Part shown: in pieces, positions 28,652 through 39,230 of the stretch
How positions within the stretch are numbered: the first letter of the stretch is position 1
Layout of the letters: the number at the start of each line of letters is the position of its first letter
Assembly: GCA_031459625.1 (NCBI GenBank)
Contig: JAVKIH010000011.1
Coordinates: forward strand, 3,010 to 67,009
Length of the DNA: 64,000 nucleotides
Direction of reading: 5' to 3'
Source of the DNA: Candidatus Geohabitans tengchongensis
GTDB lineage: Bacteria > Sysuimicrobiota > Sysuimicrobiia > Sysuimicrobiales > Humicultoraceae
Notes under the pieces: model-generated
Databases searched by the model: none
Seen by the model: only the letters and a program-made list of their open reading frames with translations
What the model was told of the DNA's origin: nothing
Program-made: the position numbers and the translations under genes

Positions 28652-29986
28652 ATGGCCACGCTGACCCGCGCGACCCACCGACCGATCCGCTCCTTCGACG
28701 AGCGGGTACGGGCCCGCCAGGCCACGGTGGCGGTGGTCGGACTCGGGTATGTCGGCCTGCCGCTGGCCGTGGCGTATGCCGAGGCCGGCTTCCCCGTGGT
28801 AGGCGTCGACATCGACCCCGACAAGGTGGCCACGGTGAATGCCGGGCGCTCGCCCATCGGTGAAGTCTCCGACGCCACCATGGCTCAGGTCGTGGCCCAC
28901 GGTCGCCTGCGAGCCACCGGCACCGCTGAAGCCCTGGCCGGGGCGGACGTGATCTTCATCTGCGTGCCCACGCCCTGCACGCGCAACAAGGAGCCGGACA
29001 CGACCTTCATCCGCCAGGCGGCCGAGGGAATCGCTGCGCATGCTCGTCCCGACCAGCTCGTCATCCTCCGCAGTACGAGCTACCCCGGGACGACCGAGGA
29101 GCTGGTGCGGCCGGCACTGGAGCAGCGGGGGTGGCGGGTGGGTCGCGACCTCTTCCTGGCCTTCGCCCCCGAACGAGTGGACCCGGGACGTCGCGACTAC
29201 GGGATCCGCAACACGCCCGTGCTCGTGGGCGGGTGCGACCCCGAGAGCACCCGGCGGGCCAGGCTGGTGCTCAGCCAGGTGACGGACCGCGTCGTCTCGA
29301 TGTCCTCGCCGGCGGCGGCCGAGATGGCCAAGCTGCTGGAGAACGTCTTCCGCAATGTGAACATCGCGCTGGTGAACCAGCTGGCCGTGCTCTGCGACCG
29401 GATGGGGCTGAACATCTGGGAGATCGTCGACGCCGCGGCCACCAAGCCCTACGGCTTCCTGGCCTTCCGCCCCGGGCCGGGCGTGGGGGGGCACTGCATT
29501 CCGGTCGACCCGTACTACCTGGCCTGGAAGGCCCGGGAGTACGACTTCCACATGGACTTCATCGAGCTGGCGGCCCGCATCAACGACGACATGCCCTATT
29601 ACGTCGCCAACAAACTCATCCTCGCCCTCAATGGTGCACGCCCAGGTCGCCGGCGCCGGGTGCTGGTGCTGGGGGTGACGTTCAAGCGGGACGTCGACGA
29701 CTACCGGGACTCCCCGGCGCTGAAGGTCATCGAGCTGCTCACGAAAGCGGGCGTGCAGGTGGACTACTACGACCCCTATGTGGCCGTCCTGCCGCTGAAC
29801 GGGAGGACGCTGCGGCGGCGGCCACTCACCCCGCAGCTCCTGCGGGCGGTGGACTGCGTGGCCATCCTCACGGACCACTCCACCGTCGACTACGCTCGGG
29901 TCGTCCGCCACGCCCGCAGGGTCTTTGACGCCCGGAATGCCACTGCCCACGTCCGCCGGGAGCGCGACAAGATCATCACCCTCTGA
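28652..29986 (+). CDS. Nucleotide-sugar 6-dehydrogenase (UDP-GlcNAc dehydrogenase, WbpA-like)
   Basis: GLGYVGLP, ICVPTP, STSYPGTT, PERVDPG, KLLEN, GGHCIPVDP. Start uncertain (28601/28632/28652). Confidence 0.93.
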   Translation: MATLTRATHRPIRSFDERVRARQATVAVVGLGYVGLPLAVAYAEAGFPVVGVDIDPDKVATVNAGRSPIGEVSDATMAQVVAHGRLRATGTAEALAGADVIFICVPTPCTRNKEPDTTFIRQAAEGIAAHARPDQLVILRSTSYPGTTEELVRPALEQRGWRVGRDLFLAFAPERVDPGRRDYGIRNTPVLVGGCDPESTRRARLVLSQVTDRVVSMSSPAAAEMAKLLENVFRNVNIALVNQLAVLCDRMGLNIWEIVDAAATKPYGFLAFRPGPGVGGHCIPVDPYYLAWKAREYDFHMDFIELAARINDDMPYYVANKLILALNGARPGRRRRVLVLGVTFKRDVDDYRDSPALKVIELLTKAGVQVDYYDPYVAVLPLNGRTLRRRPLTPQLLRAVDCVAILTDHSTVDYARVVRHARRVFDARNATAHVRRERDKIITL

Positions 29987-31184
29987 CCCCCGCCAGGCCC
30001 CGGCGCCGCTCGGGGCCGGGCCGGCCGTCCTGCAGGTCATCCAGGAGGGGACGCTGCGCGGGGCTGAGGTCTTCGCCCTGGACCTGTCGGCCGCGCTGCG
30101 CCGGGCGGGCTGGTCGGTGGTGCTGCTGAGTCTCTTCCGGGTCGAGGCGAGTTTCGCCGAGGCGGCTGCCGCGGCAGAGGTGCCGCTCGTGACGGTGGCG
30201 GCGGGAGGCCGGGCGGCCGGCTTCGACCCTCGGGTGCTGGTCGGAGTGCGCAGGCACATCGTGCGCGGGCGGTTCGGCGTGGTCCAGGCCAACGGTGCGG
30301 CGACCCTGAAATACCTGGCTGCGGCCCGGCTGACGGGCCGCGAGCCCTGGACGCTCGTCTACCGGGCCATCGGGATAGGCTCGTTCTGGCGCCGGGGGTG
30401 GCGCGGCCGCCTCTACCGTCCGTTGCTGCAGCGGCCCCACCGGATCGTCGCGGTCTCCGGGGCGGTGCGGGACGACCTGACGGCCTCGGGGGTTTCGCCG
30501 CAGCGGGTCGTGGTGATTCCGAACGCGGTGGACCCCGCCCGCCTGGCCGGCCACCCGCTAGAGCGGGCTGCCGTCCGCTCCCGCCTGGGCATCGGGGAGG
30601 AGGAGCGCGTCCTGGTCTACGCAGGGAGCTTTTCGCCCGAAAAACAGGTCCCCGCTGTCCTCGAAGTGGTTCGGCGGTGCCGTGCCAGCGGCCTCCCGGT
30701 GCGTGCGATCCTCGTCGGGGACGGCCCCGAGCGCGGTGTCCTGGCAGAGGCGCTGGGCCACGACGGTCTGCGGCAGGCTGTCGCGCTCCTGCCACCCCAC
30801 CCGCGCGTGGCGCCGTTCCTGCGCGCAGCCGACCTCTGCCTGCTGCCCAGCCGGACAGAGGGCATGCCCGCGCTGCTCATCGAGGCCGGCCTCCTCGGCG
30901 TCCCCGCCGTCGCCTACCGCGTGGGCGGGGTGGGGGAGGTGGTCGAGAACGGCGTCACCGGCACCCTGGTCCCGCCGGGAGACCTCTCCGGGCTGGCGGC
31001 CGCCGTCATGGCCCTCCTGCGCGATGACGCCCGCCGTCAGGCCATGGGGCGGGCCGCGGTCGCCCGCTGCCGGCGGTTTACGATCGACGCGGTGGCCAGC
31101 ACCTATGCGGCGCTCTACCAGGGCCTGATGCCCCATGGGGTCGGGCGCCCATCTACAGGCGATGGAGCGGGGCGATGGGCGTGA
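29937..31184 (+). CDS. Glycosyltransferase family 4
   Basis: GAE, VIPNAVD, EK, PSRTEGMPALLIEA. Start uncertain; overlaps upstream gene. Confidence 0.85.
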   Translation: MPLPTSAGSATRSSPSDPRQAPAPLGAGPAVLQVIQEGTLRGAEVFALDLSAALRRAGWSVVLLSLFRVEASFAEAAAAAEVPLVTVAAGGRAAGFDPRVLVGVRRHIVRGRFGVVQANGAATLKYLAAARLTGREPWTLVYRAIGIGSFWRRGWRGRLYRPLLQRPHRIVAVSGAVRDDLTASGVSPQRVVVIPNAVDPARLAGHPLERAAVRSRLGIGEEERVLVYAGSFSPEKQVPAVLEVVRRCRASGLPVRAILVGDGPERGVLAEALGHDGLRQAVALLPPHPRVAPFLRAADLCLLPSRTEGMPALLIEAGLLGVPAVAYRVGGVGEVVENGVTGTLVPPGDLSGLAAAVMALLRDDARRQAMGRAAVARCRRFTIDAVASTYAALYQGLMPHGVGRPSTGDGAGRWA

Positions 31185-32302
31185 CACCGCACCGCCTGCG
31201 GGTGCTGCTGGTGATCAAAGGGCTGGGCGTGGGAGGTGCGGAGCGGCTCCTCGAGCGGGCCATCCCCTACCTGGACCGGGAAACCTTCGAGTACCAGGTG
31301 GCCTATCTGCTGCCCTGGAAGGATGCCCTCGTCCCGCCGTTCCGGGCCGCCGGCATCCCGGTGCACTGCCTGGAGTACCGCGCTCCGCTGGACCTGCGCG
31401 TGATCCGTCGGTTCCGTGCCCTCGTTCGGCGTGAGCGGTTCGCCCTGGTCCACGCTCACCTCCCTGTGGCCGGGCTGCTGGCACGGCTGGGCCGGCGCCT
31501 GGGAGATGTCCCGCGGGTGATCTACACCGAGCACGGCCTGCCGTCCCACTATCGCTGGCCCACCCGGTGGGCCAACGTCCTCACCTACCGGTGGGCTGAC
31601 GCCGTGATCGCGGTCTCCGAGGCGGTGGCCGCGGGCGTGCGTCCCTACATCAAGGGGGACCGTCCGCGCCTGGTGACGATCGTGAACGCGGTCGACGCCG
31701 ACGGGATGACGACCACCCCGGAAAGCCGTGAGGCGGTACGCAGGGAATTCGGGATCCCGGCGGACGCACCGCTCGTCGTAACGGTCGGCAATCTCCGTCC
31801 GGTCAAGGGCCACGCCGTGCTGCTGACGGCGGCGCGGCGGGTGCTGGCGGCCGAGCCCCGGGCGCGTTTCCTCATCGTGGGGGTGGGCCCATTGGCTGAG
31901 CACCTGCCGCGGGAGGCCCGGCGCCTCGGGCTGGATGGCCAGGTGATCTTCACGGGCTTCCGCGCCGATGCGACCTCGATTATCGCGGCGTCGGACGTCT
32001 ACGTCCTGCCATCGCTCGACGAGGGGCTCCCCGTCAGCCTGCTAGAGGCGATGGCCCTGGGGCGGGCGGTCGTGGCTACGCGCGTCGGCGGGATTCCCGA
32101 GGTCGTCCTCCCGGACCGCACCGGGATTCTGGTGGAGCCCAACGACCCGGAGCGCCTGGCCTGGGAAGTGCTGGGACTGCTGCAGACCCCCGAGCGTCGT
32201 CGGCAACTGGGCGAGGCCGCACAGGCGGCGGCCCGACAGCGGTACGGTATGGGGCCCATGGTGACGGCCATCGAGCAGCTCTACCGGGAGGTGGTCGCGT
32301 AA
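31175..32302 (+). CDS. Glycosyltransferase family 4
   Basis: GGAER, GNLRPVKG, PSLDEGLPVSLLEAMA. Confidence 0.92.
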   Translation: MGVTPHRLRVLLVIKGLGVGGAERLLERAIPYLDRETFEYQVAYLLPWKDALVPPFRAAGIPVHCLEYRAPLDLRVIRRFRALVRRERFALVHAHLPVAGLLARLGRRLGDVPRVIYTEHGLPSHYRWPTRWANVLTYRWADAVIAVSEAVAAGVRPYIKGDRPRLVTIVNAVDADGMTTTPESREAVRREFGIPADAPLVVTVGNLRPVKGHAVLLTAARRVLAAEPRARFLIVGVGPLAEHLPREARRLGLDGQVIFTGFRADATSIIAASDVYVLPSLDEGLPVSLLEAMALGRAVVATRVGGIPEVVLPDRTGILVEPNDPERLAWEVLGLLQTPERRRQLGEAAQAAARQRYGMGPMVTAIEQLYREVVA

Positions 32303-33300
32303 TGCCGCGGCCGGCCTTCCTGGTCACGATCGACACCGAGGCCGACGACCTCTGGGCCCGGCCGCGGCACCTCACGACGCGCAACACGGCGGCGCTGCCG
32401 CGCTTCCAGGCGCTCTGTGAGCGCTACGGGATCCGCCCGACCTACCTGGCGACCTACGAGGTGGCTGTGGACCCGGTCTTCCGCGACTTCGGGCTCGACC
32501 TGCTGCGCCGCGGGGCAGGGGAGATCGGCATGCACCTCCACGCCTGGACCACTCCGCCGATCGTCCCGCTGACGGACGACGACCTGACCGCGCAGCCGTA
32601 CTTGATCGAGCACGACACCGAGGTCATGCGGCTGAAGATCGGCACGCTGACCCGGCTGCTCGAAGAGACATTCGGCCGCCGCCCCGTGAGCCACCGCGCC
32701 GGCCGCTGGGCTCTGGACGCCCGCTATGCCCGTCTCCTGGTGGAGTTCGGCTACCGGGTCGACGCCACGGTCACGCCCCACGTCTCCTGGCAGGACCACC
32801 GGGGGGCTCACGGGGGCGGGCCAGATTACCGGGGCTTCCTCTCGACGCCGTACTTCGTCGACCTCGAGGACATCCGCCGGCCCGGGGCCTCGCCGCTCCT
32901 CGAAGTCCCGGTGACCGTGCTCCCGCGCTCACGCCCGCGCCCGGCGGCCCTGGAGCGGCTTTTCGCCCGCAGCCGTACGGGCCGCCGCCTGCTGGACCGG
33001 TACCTGCCTGCGGTCTGGTGGCTGCGCCCCAACGGACGGAACGGGGGGCGGCTGCTCGAGATCGTCCAGCGGGGCATCGACCGCGGCGTGGCGCACCTGA
33101 CGATGGTCCTGCACTCCTCGGAACTGGCGGTCGGCCAGAGCCGGGTGTCGCGCACCCGCAAGGCCCTGGAAGACCTCTACCGCGACCTGGAGCGCCTCTT
33201 CGCCGCAGCATCCCGGTCTTGCTGGCCGGCCACGCTGGCGGAATTCTCCGCCGCCTGGGCGGGGCGGATGGCGCCGGTCGGCGCGGCCGCAGTGGGATGA
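32302..33300 (+). CDS. Polysaccharide deacetylase (WalW-like, CE4 fold)
   Basis: VTIDTEAD, EIGMHLHAW, SHRAGRW, LHSSE. Confidence 0.85.
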   Translation: MPRPAFLVTIDTEADDLWARPRHLTTRNTAALPRFQALCERYGIRPTYLATYEVAVDPVFRDFGLDLLRRGAGEIGMHLHAWTTPPIVPLTDDDLTAQPYLIEHDTEVMRLKIGTLTRLLEETFGRRPVSHRAGRWALDARYARLLVEFGYRVDATVTPHVSWQDHRGAHGGGPDYRGFLSTPYFVDLEDIRRPGASPLLEVPVTVLPRSRPRPAALERLFARSRTGRRLLDRYLPAVWWLRPNGRNGGRLLEIVQRGIDRGVAHLTMVLHSSELAVGQSRVSRTRKALEDLYRDLERLFAAASRSCWPATLAEFSAAWAGRMAPVGAAAVG

Positions 33301-34361
33301 GTACCGGGTTCGCCCTGCGTGCCTACCAGCCCGGGGATGAGGCGGCGGTCCTGGCGCTGCTCCGGCAGGTCCTGGGCGAGGGCGGCCGGGCATTCGAGCG
33401 CACGGAGGCCTTCTGGCACTGGAAGCACGAGGCCAACGTCTTCGGCCGGTCCATCCTCATGCTCGCCACACAGGACGAAGTCGTCGGGGTGCGGGCCTTC
33501 ATGCGGTGGCGCTTCCGGTCGGCCCACGGCCCGCTCGGCGCCGTGCGCGCCGTGGACACGGCCACCCACCCGCGGGCGCGCCGTCGGGGCGTCTTCTCCA
33601 CCCTGACGCGCGCCGCCGTGGCGCAGGCGGAAGCGGCGGGGGTGGACCTGATCTTCAACACTCCCAACCGCCTTAGCCTCCCCGGGTACCTGAAGCTCGG
33701 CTGGACGCGGGTAGGGCGTCCCCTCTTGCTCGTCCGGCTCGTCCGCCCCCTGCGCGTGCTCGCCGCAGTACGCGCCCGCCGGACCCCGGCCCGGCCGCAT
33801 GCCTACACCCCCGGGCACGAGGTCGTCGGCCGGAACGGCGCCACCCCGGACGCGCCCGGCGACCTGCCGCAGGTGCGCGAGTGGCTGCAGGCCTTCGACG
33901 TCGAGAGGCTGCTGGCCGAGGCAGACCGCCTGGAGGGGGAGGGGATCCGCACCGACCGGTCCGTCGCCTGGCTGCGCTGGCGCTACGCGGAGGCGCCGAC
34001 GCTTCCCTACCAGGCCGTCTGGACGACCGATCCGGGACCTGCGGTGCTCGTGGTGCGGATGGGCGCGCGGGGAGGCCTGCGGGAAGCGATGCTGAGCGAG
34101 GTCCTGGCCTCGCCGCGCGGGGTCTCCGCGCTGGGGAAGCTGGTGCGCTGGGTGGTGGCGGCGGCCGCGCCAGACTACCTGGTGGCGCACGCACCCTGGG
34201 GCTCCGTGCGCTGCCGTGCACTGCTGCGCGCCGGGTTCGTGCCGCTGCCGTGGGTCGGTCCCGTCCTCACGGTGCGGCCGCTCAGCGCCACGGCGCGGGC
34301 CGCCGGGCTCAACCGACCCGGCGCCTGGCAGCTCTCCCTGGGAGACCTGGAGATCTTTTGA
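33297..34361 (+). CDS. GNAT-family acyltransferase with C-terminal extension
   Basis: AVDTATHPRARRRGVFS, NTPNRLSLPGYLKLGW, WLRWRY. Start ATG 33297. Confidence 0.85.
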   Translation: MSTGFALRAYQPGDEAAVLALLRQVLGEGGRAFERTEAFWHWKHEANVFGRSILMLATQDEVVGVRAFMRWRFRSAHGPLGAVRAVDTATHPRARRRGVFSTLTRAAVAQAEAAGVDLIFNTPNRLSLPGYLKLGWTRVGRPLLLVRLVRPLRVLAAVRARRTPARPHAYTPGHEVVGRNGATPDAPGDLPQVREWLQAFDVERLLAEADRLEGEGIRTDRSVAWLRWRYAEAPTLPYQAVWTTDPGPAVLVVRMGARGGLREAMLSEVLASPRGVSALGKLVRWVVAAAAPDYLVAHAPWGSVRCRALLRAGFVPLPWVGPVLTVRPLSATARAAGLNRPGAWQLSLGDLEIF

Positions 34362-34389
34362 GGCCTACAGCCGGCCGAGGAGGGTGCTC

Positions 34390-35730
34390 ATGAGCTCCGT
34401 CGTCTTCTCCCGCTCCACGGTGCGCACGGTCCTGGCACTGCCGCTCTTCGCGGCCGCGGCGCTGGGGGTAGGGCTGCTGCTGGGGTCCAAGGACCTGGAG
34501 GCCACGCGCGCCGCCACCATCCTCACCGTGCTGGTGGCGACCTCCCTCGTCCTCTTCACCCGTGTGGCGTCCCGGGACCCGCTGGGACGGGCGCTCCTGG
34601 TCGTGCTGTGGCTGAGCTTCGCGCTGAAGCTGGGGGCGATGACCTACCGCTTCCTGGGCGGCCTGCTGGCCGATGCCTTCGCCTACAACAACGCCGGCCA
34701 GCGGATCGCCGAAGAGCTGGCCCGCGGAGAGTGGCCGCAGCTGGGCGAGTACGGGACGGCCTACATCCGGCTCCTGGCCGGCCTGGTCTACTACGCCTTC
34801 GGCGTGAGCTTCTCCGGCATCTCCATCCTCTGGACCTGGCTCGGCATGGTGGGGCTGCTCTTCTTCTACCTGGCGTTCCGCATGGCGTTCCCGCTCGGGC
34901 ACCACCGGCTGTACATGCTGCTGATCTTCCTCTTCCCGTCGATGCTGCTCTGGACCAGCAGCCTGGGGAAAGACGCCCTCATGGTCCTCTTCCTCGGCAT
35001 GGCGGCATACGGTGCCGCCCGCCTGCGCCACGGTCTCGGCCTCCCGGCGGTCGGATGGCTGGCGCTGGGCCTGTTGGGCATGCTGCCGATCCGCCCGCAC
35101 CTCGCGGCTGTCTTCGCGGTGGCGCTGGCGGCCTCATCCCTCATCCTGCCCATCCGGGCGGGGCTCCTCACCCCGATCCTCCGGGTGGCCGGGATCGGCG
35201 TGGTGGCGGCGGTCTCGGTGTTGATCGTGAGCACGGCCCGCGGGTACGTGGGGCTGGAGGAGCTGGGGACGGAGGAGGTCTTCGCCTTCATCGAGCGGCA
35301 GCAGGAGTTCACCGCCAGATTCGGCGAGTCGGGGTTCCAGCAGGTGAACCCCCGCTCGCCGGTGGGGGTCGCCCTGGCCATCCCCACAGTGCTCTTCCGG
35401 CCCTTCCCCTGGGAGGCGCACAACGCCAACGCCCGCCTGGCGGCCGCGGAAGGCTTCGCGCTGCTGCTCCTGACCCTCTACCGCCTGCGGAGCGTCCGGG
35501 CCGCGCTGGGGGCGGTCTTCCGCCACAGCTACGTGCTTATGGTTGTCGTCTACGCCCTGCTCTTCATCTTCTTCTTCACGGCCATCGGCAACTTCGGGAT
35601 CATCGCCCGGCAACGGGCGCAGCTCTTCCCGTTCTTCTTCATGCTCCTGGCCTACCTGCCCCCGACGCCGCGTCGCCCGGCGGCAGCCCGCCTCCAGCAC
35701 CGGCCGCCCGCGACCAGGACTGCGCCATGA
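34390..35730 (+). CDS. Polytopic membrane protein, probable Wzy polymerase
   Basis: About 10-11 hydrophobic segments; PSMLLWTSSLGKD, RPFPWE, NFGIIARQR; directly before the flippase. Confidence 0.7.
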   Translation: MSSVVFSRSTVRTVLALPLFAAAALGVGLLLGSKDLEATRAATILTVLVATSLVLFTRVASRDPLGRALLVVLWLSFALKLGAMTYRFLGGLLADAFAYNNAGQRIAEELARGEWPQLGEYGTAYIRLLAGLVYYAFGVSFSGISILWTWLGMVGLLFFYLAFRMAFPLGHHRLYMLLIFLFPSMLLWTSSLGKDALMVLFLGMAAYGAARLRHGLGLPAVGWLALGLLGMLPIRPHLAAVFAVALAASSLILPIRAGLLTPILRVAGIGVVAAVSVLIVSTARGYVGLEELGTEEVFAFIERQQEFTARFGESGFQQVNPRSPVGVALAIPTVLFRPFPWEAHNANARLAAAEGFALLLLTLYRLRSVRAALGAVFRHSYVLMVVVYALLFIFFFTAIGNFGIIARQRAQLFPFFFMLLAYLPPTPRRPAAARLQHRPPATRTAP

Positions 35731-37244
35731 GGGTTCCTGCACCTGCAGCGGGACCGCGCCGTGTGGATATCGCGGCGGTGCGGGGGGCGGGATGGCTGGC
35801 CATCGACCAGCTGGGCAGCCGCGTCGTCGACCTGGCGGCGTCCGTGGTCCTGGCCCGCCTCCTCTTCCCGGACGACTACGGGCTGCTGGCCATGGCCGCC
35901 ACCTCCACCGCCTTCTTCCGGATCTTCGCCAACCTGGGGCTGGGGGCGGCCATCGTGCAGCGTCGGGAGGTGGACGACGAGTACCTCTCCACGGCGTTCT
36001 GGGCCAACCTGGCGTCCGGGGCGCTCCTCACCGCCCTCGTGGCCCTCTCGGGGGAGCTCCTGGGGGCCCTGCTGCGCGAGCCGCGCGTGGGCCTCGTCAT
36101 CCTCTTCCTGTCGTTCCGCTTCGTGATCGCCGCGGGATCCGCGACGCAGGTGGCGATGATCACCCGCCGCATGGACTTCCGGGCGCTCAGCCTGCGGTCC
36201 ATCGCCGCCTCGGTCGTGGCCGGGCTGGCCGGTGTGTTGCTGGCGTGGCACCACCTAGGCGTGTGGGCACTGGTCGGGCGGGAGATCGCCCGGACCGTCA
36301 CCAGCACCCTCCTGCTCTACCGGGCGACGGGCTGGGCACCGCGGTTGCGCTTCTCGTGGGCCAAGTTCCTGGACCTGTGGTCGTTTGGCGGGCCGCTGCT
36401 GCTGTCGCGCCTCTTTCGCTACCTCACCGGCAACATGGACAACATCCTGATCGGCCGCTACCTGGGCTCGGCCGCGCTGGGGCTGTACGCGTTTGCCTAC
36501 ACCATGTTCGCCATCCCTCTCAACGACTTCAGCGCGGTCGCGCACCGTGTGCTCTTCGCGGCGCTCTCCCGACTCCACACCGACGGAGAGCGGTTCAAGC
36601 GCGGCTTCCTGCTGGCGACCCGCTACGTGACGATGGTGCAGGTGCCCGTCATGACCGGACTGGCCCTCGTCGCGCCGGTGGCCATCCAGGTGGTCTTCGG
36701 GCGGCGCTGGGCGCCGGCTGCACCGGTGGTCACCGTGCTGGCGCTCACCAGCATCGTGGGGATGATGACGGCCATCGCGCCGAGCGGCCTCCAGGCGGGC
36801 GGGCGGGCCGACCTGCAGCTGCGCCGGAGCTTCCTGGGGGTGCTGCTCTACCTGCCCGCATTCGCCCTGGGGTTGCGCTGGGGCATCCTGGGCGTGGCGA
36901 TCGGGTCGCTCGCGGCCGGCCTGGTCCTCCTCCCCGTGGACCTGCGCTACGTCCACGAAACCACAGGGGCCACCGCGCGCGAGCTGCTCGATGCCAGCAT
37001 GCCCGGCCTGGCGGCGTCCCTCATCATGGCCGTCATCGTGCTGGCGGGACGCTGGCTGCTGGCCGGACACGGCCTGCCGGGCGTCGTGGTCCTGGCGGTG
37101 CTGATCGGGGCCGGCGCCCTGGCCTACGGCGCCGCGCTGTGGGTCTTCCACCGGGATGCCGTGCGGAGCCTGGCCGCCGTGCTGCGGGACGCCCTGCCGC
37201 CGGTGGCCGGCCGGATCCTCGGCTCCATCGTGCCCGCATCGTGA
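35727..37244 (+). CDS. wzx: Wzx flippase (MOP family, WzxC-like)
   Basis: LARLLFPDDYGLLA, LGLGAAIVQR, DNILIGRYLG..ALGLY. Confidence 0.92.
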   Translation: MRVPAPAAGPRRVDIAAVRGAGWLAIDQLGSRVVDLAASVVLARLLFPDDYGLLAMAATSTAFFRIFANLGLGAAIVQRREVDDEYLSTAFWANLASGALLTALVALSGELLGALLREPRVGLVILFLSFRFVIAAGSATQVAMITRRMDFRALSLRSIAASVVAGLAGVLLAWHHLGVWALVGREIARTVTSTLLLYRATGWAPRLRFSWAKFLDLWSFGGPLLLSRLFRYLTGNMDNILIGRYLGSAALGLYAFAYTMFAIPLNDFSAVAHRVLFAALSRLHTDGERFKRGFLLATRYVTMVQVPVMTGLALVAPVAIQVVFGRRWAPAAPVVTVLALTSIVGMMTAIAPSGLQAGGRADLQLRRSFLGVLLYLPAFALGLRWGILGVAIGSLAAGLVLLPVDLRYVHETTGATARELLDASMPGLAASLIMAVIVLAGRWLLAGHGLPGVVVLAVLIGAGALAYGAALWVFHRDAVRSLAAVLRDALPPVAGRILGSIVPAS

Positions 37245-38080
37245 ACCTGACCCTCAGTGCCGTCAAGCTCGCCGTGTTGCCCTACGGCCTGGCGTTCGGC
37301 GAACGGCGACCGGGGATCGTCATCCTGGTCTACCACCGGGTGGGCGGGGGGACGCGACGGGAGATCGACCTCCCCGTCGAGACCTTTGCGCGTCAGGTGG
37401 CCTACCTGGCGGCCCGCTGCCGTGTGGTCAGCCTGGAGGAGGCCCTGGCACTGGGACGCAACGGCGCCACCCCGCCGGGCGACGTCCTCGTGCTGACCTT
37501 CGACGACGGCTACCGGGAGACGTACGACCACGTCTTCCCGATCCTGCACCGGTACCGCCTCCCGGCCACGGTCTACGTGGCGACGGCGTACGTCGAGCAG
37601 GGACGACCCTTCGACTTCGGCGTGCAGCGCTGGGCGGACGCGCCGGGACGCCCGCTGACCTGGTCGCAGCTCCGTGAGATGACATCCTCGGGGCTCATCA
37701 CCGTCGGCTCTCACACCCACACCCATGCCGACCTGTCGGTGGTGCCCCTGCCGGCGGTCCGCGAGGAACTGCGGCGCAGCCAGGAGCTGATCGAGGAGCG
37801 GCTGGGACAGCCGGTCAGGCATTTCGCCTATCCCTGGGGACGGTGGCGCCCCGAGGTCCGGGGGGTGGTGGGCGAGCGGTTCCAGAGCGCCGTCCGCGGG
37901 GGGTGTGGCAAGAACCCCTATGGAGCCCTGGACCCGCTGGCTCTCTGGCGCCAGCCCGTCCAACGCAGTGACGGGCTCTGGTTCTTCCGCGCGCGGCTCC
38001 GGTCGTACCTGGATGGCGAGGAGGTCTTCCGCTCCCGGTTGGCGGCCCTCCGCGCGGCCCCCCCGACCCTCGATGGCTAA
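37241..38080 (+). CDS. Polysaccharide deacetylase (NodB/CE4)
   Basis: LVYHRV, LTFDDGY, GSHTHTH, FAYPWG. Confidence 0.92.
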   Translation: MNLTLSAVKLAVLPYGLAFGERRPGIVILVYHRVGGGTRREIDLPVETFARQVAYLAARCRVVSLEEALALGRNGATPPGDVLVLTFDDGYRETYDHVFPILHRYRLPATVYVATAYVEQGRPFDFGVQRWADAPGRPLTWSQLREMTSSGLITVGSHTHTHADLSVVPLPAVREELRRSQELIEERLGQPVRHFAYPWGRWRPEVRGVVGERFQSAVRGGCGKNPYGALDPLALWRQPVQRSDGLWFFRARLRSYLDGEEVFRSRLAALRAAPPTLDG

Positions 38081-39230
38081 GCCCGTCACGGTCCTGCATC
38101 TCATCGAGGGGCTGGGCACCGGTGGGTCGGAGCAGCACCTGGCCCACCTGGTGCTCCGGTCCGACAGGAGACGCTTCCGCCACCACGTCTGCGGGCTGGG
38201 CACGGCGGGTCGGTTCGCGCAGACCCTGGAGGCGGCAGGCATCCCGGTGTACACCCTGGGGTATCCTGCGGAACGCGACTTCCTGCGTCCGCTCGTGCCG
38301 CTTCGCCGTCTGGTGCAGCGCGTCTACCCCGACGTGCTCCACGCCTGCCTGTACCGGCCCGGCGTCCTGGCCCGCCTGATCGGCCGCTGGAGTGGCCTGC
38401 CGGTGGTGACGACCCTGGTGAACACGGCCTACGAGCCGGAGTGGCGGCTGGACAACCCCCGGCTCTCGCCCCTCAAGGTCTCCCTGGCCCGGACGCTGGA
38501 TGCGGCCACCGCCCGGTGGCGCGGCGCCTGGTTCGTGGCGGTGAGCGAGACGGTGCGCGACTCGGCGGTGCGCCAGCTGGGGATTCCAGCCGGGCGGGTT
38601 CGGGTCATTCGCCGTCCGCTGCTGCTGAGCCCCAACGGCCAGCGCCCTTCCGCCCAAGCGGTGCGCGCGGCGCTGGGGCTTCCGGACGCCGACCCGCTGC
38701 TGCTCAACGTCGGCCGCCTGGTGCCCCAGAAGGGACAGCAGTACGCCGTGCGCGCCATGCCGGGCATCCTGGCGTCCCGCCCGGGAGCCCACCTGGTGAT
38801 CGTGGGCGAGGGGCCGCTGCGGCCCTCCCTGACCGCGCTGGCCGAGGCGCTGGGAGTGGCGGATCATGTCACGTTGCTGGGCGAACGGCACGACGTGCCC
38901 GACCTGCTGGCCGCCGCCGACTGCTTCCTCTTCCCCTCGCTCTTCGAGGGTGCGGCCAATGCGCTGATGGAGGCGCTGGCGGCAGGGACGCCGGTGGTGG
39001 CTTCGGACATCCCGTCGCTGCGGGAGCTCACCGACGACGGCCGCGTGGCGGCGTTGGTCCCGCTGCGCGCGCCGGAGGCGCTGGCAGAGGCGGCCCTCGG
39101 CCTGCTGGCGGACGACGCGCGGCGACGCCGGCTCTGCGACGCTGGCCAAGCCTGGGTGCGTCGCTGGGGGGACGGCGACGCCGTCCTGGCCTGGGAGGAG
39201 TTCGTTGCTCACATCGCGGCCAGGGACTGA
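38073..39230 (+). CDS. Glycosyltransferase family 4
   Basis: GGSEQ, GRLVPQKGQ, PSLFEGAANALMEA. Confidence 0.92.
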   Translation: MAKPVTVLHLIEGLGTGGSEQHLAHLVLRSDRRRFRHHVCGLGTAGRFAQTLEAAGIPVYTLGYPAERDFLRPLVPLRRLVQRVYPDVLHACLYRPGVLARLIGRWSGLPVVTTLVNTAYEPEWRLDNPRLSPLKVSLARTLDAATARWRGAWFVAVSETVRDSAVRQLGIPAGRVRVIRRPLLLSPNGQRPSAQAVRAALGLPDADPLLLNVGRLVPQKGQQYAVRAMPGILASRPGAHLVIVGEGPLRPSLTALAEALGVADHVTLLGERHDVPDLLAAADCFLFPSLFEGAANALMEALAAGTPVVASDIPSLRELTDDGRVAALVPLRAPEALAEAALGLLADDARRRRLCDAGQAWVRRWGDGDAVLAWEEFVAHIAARD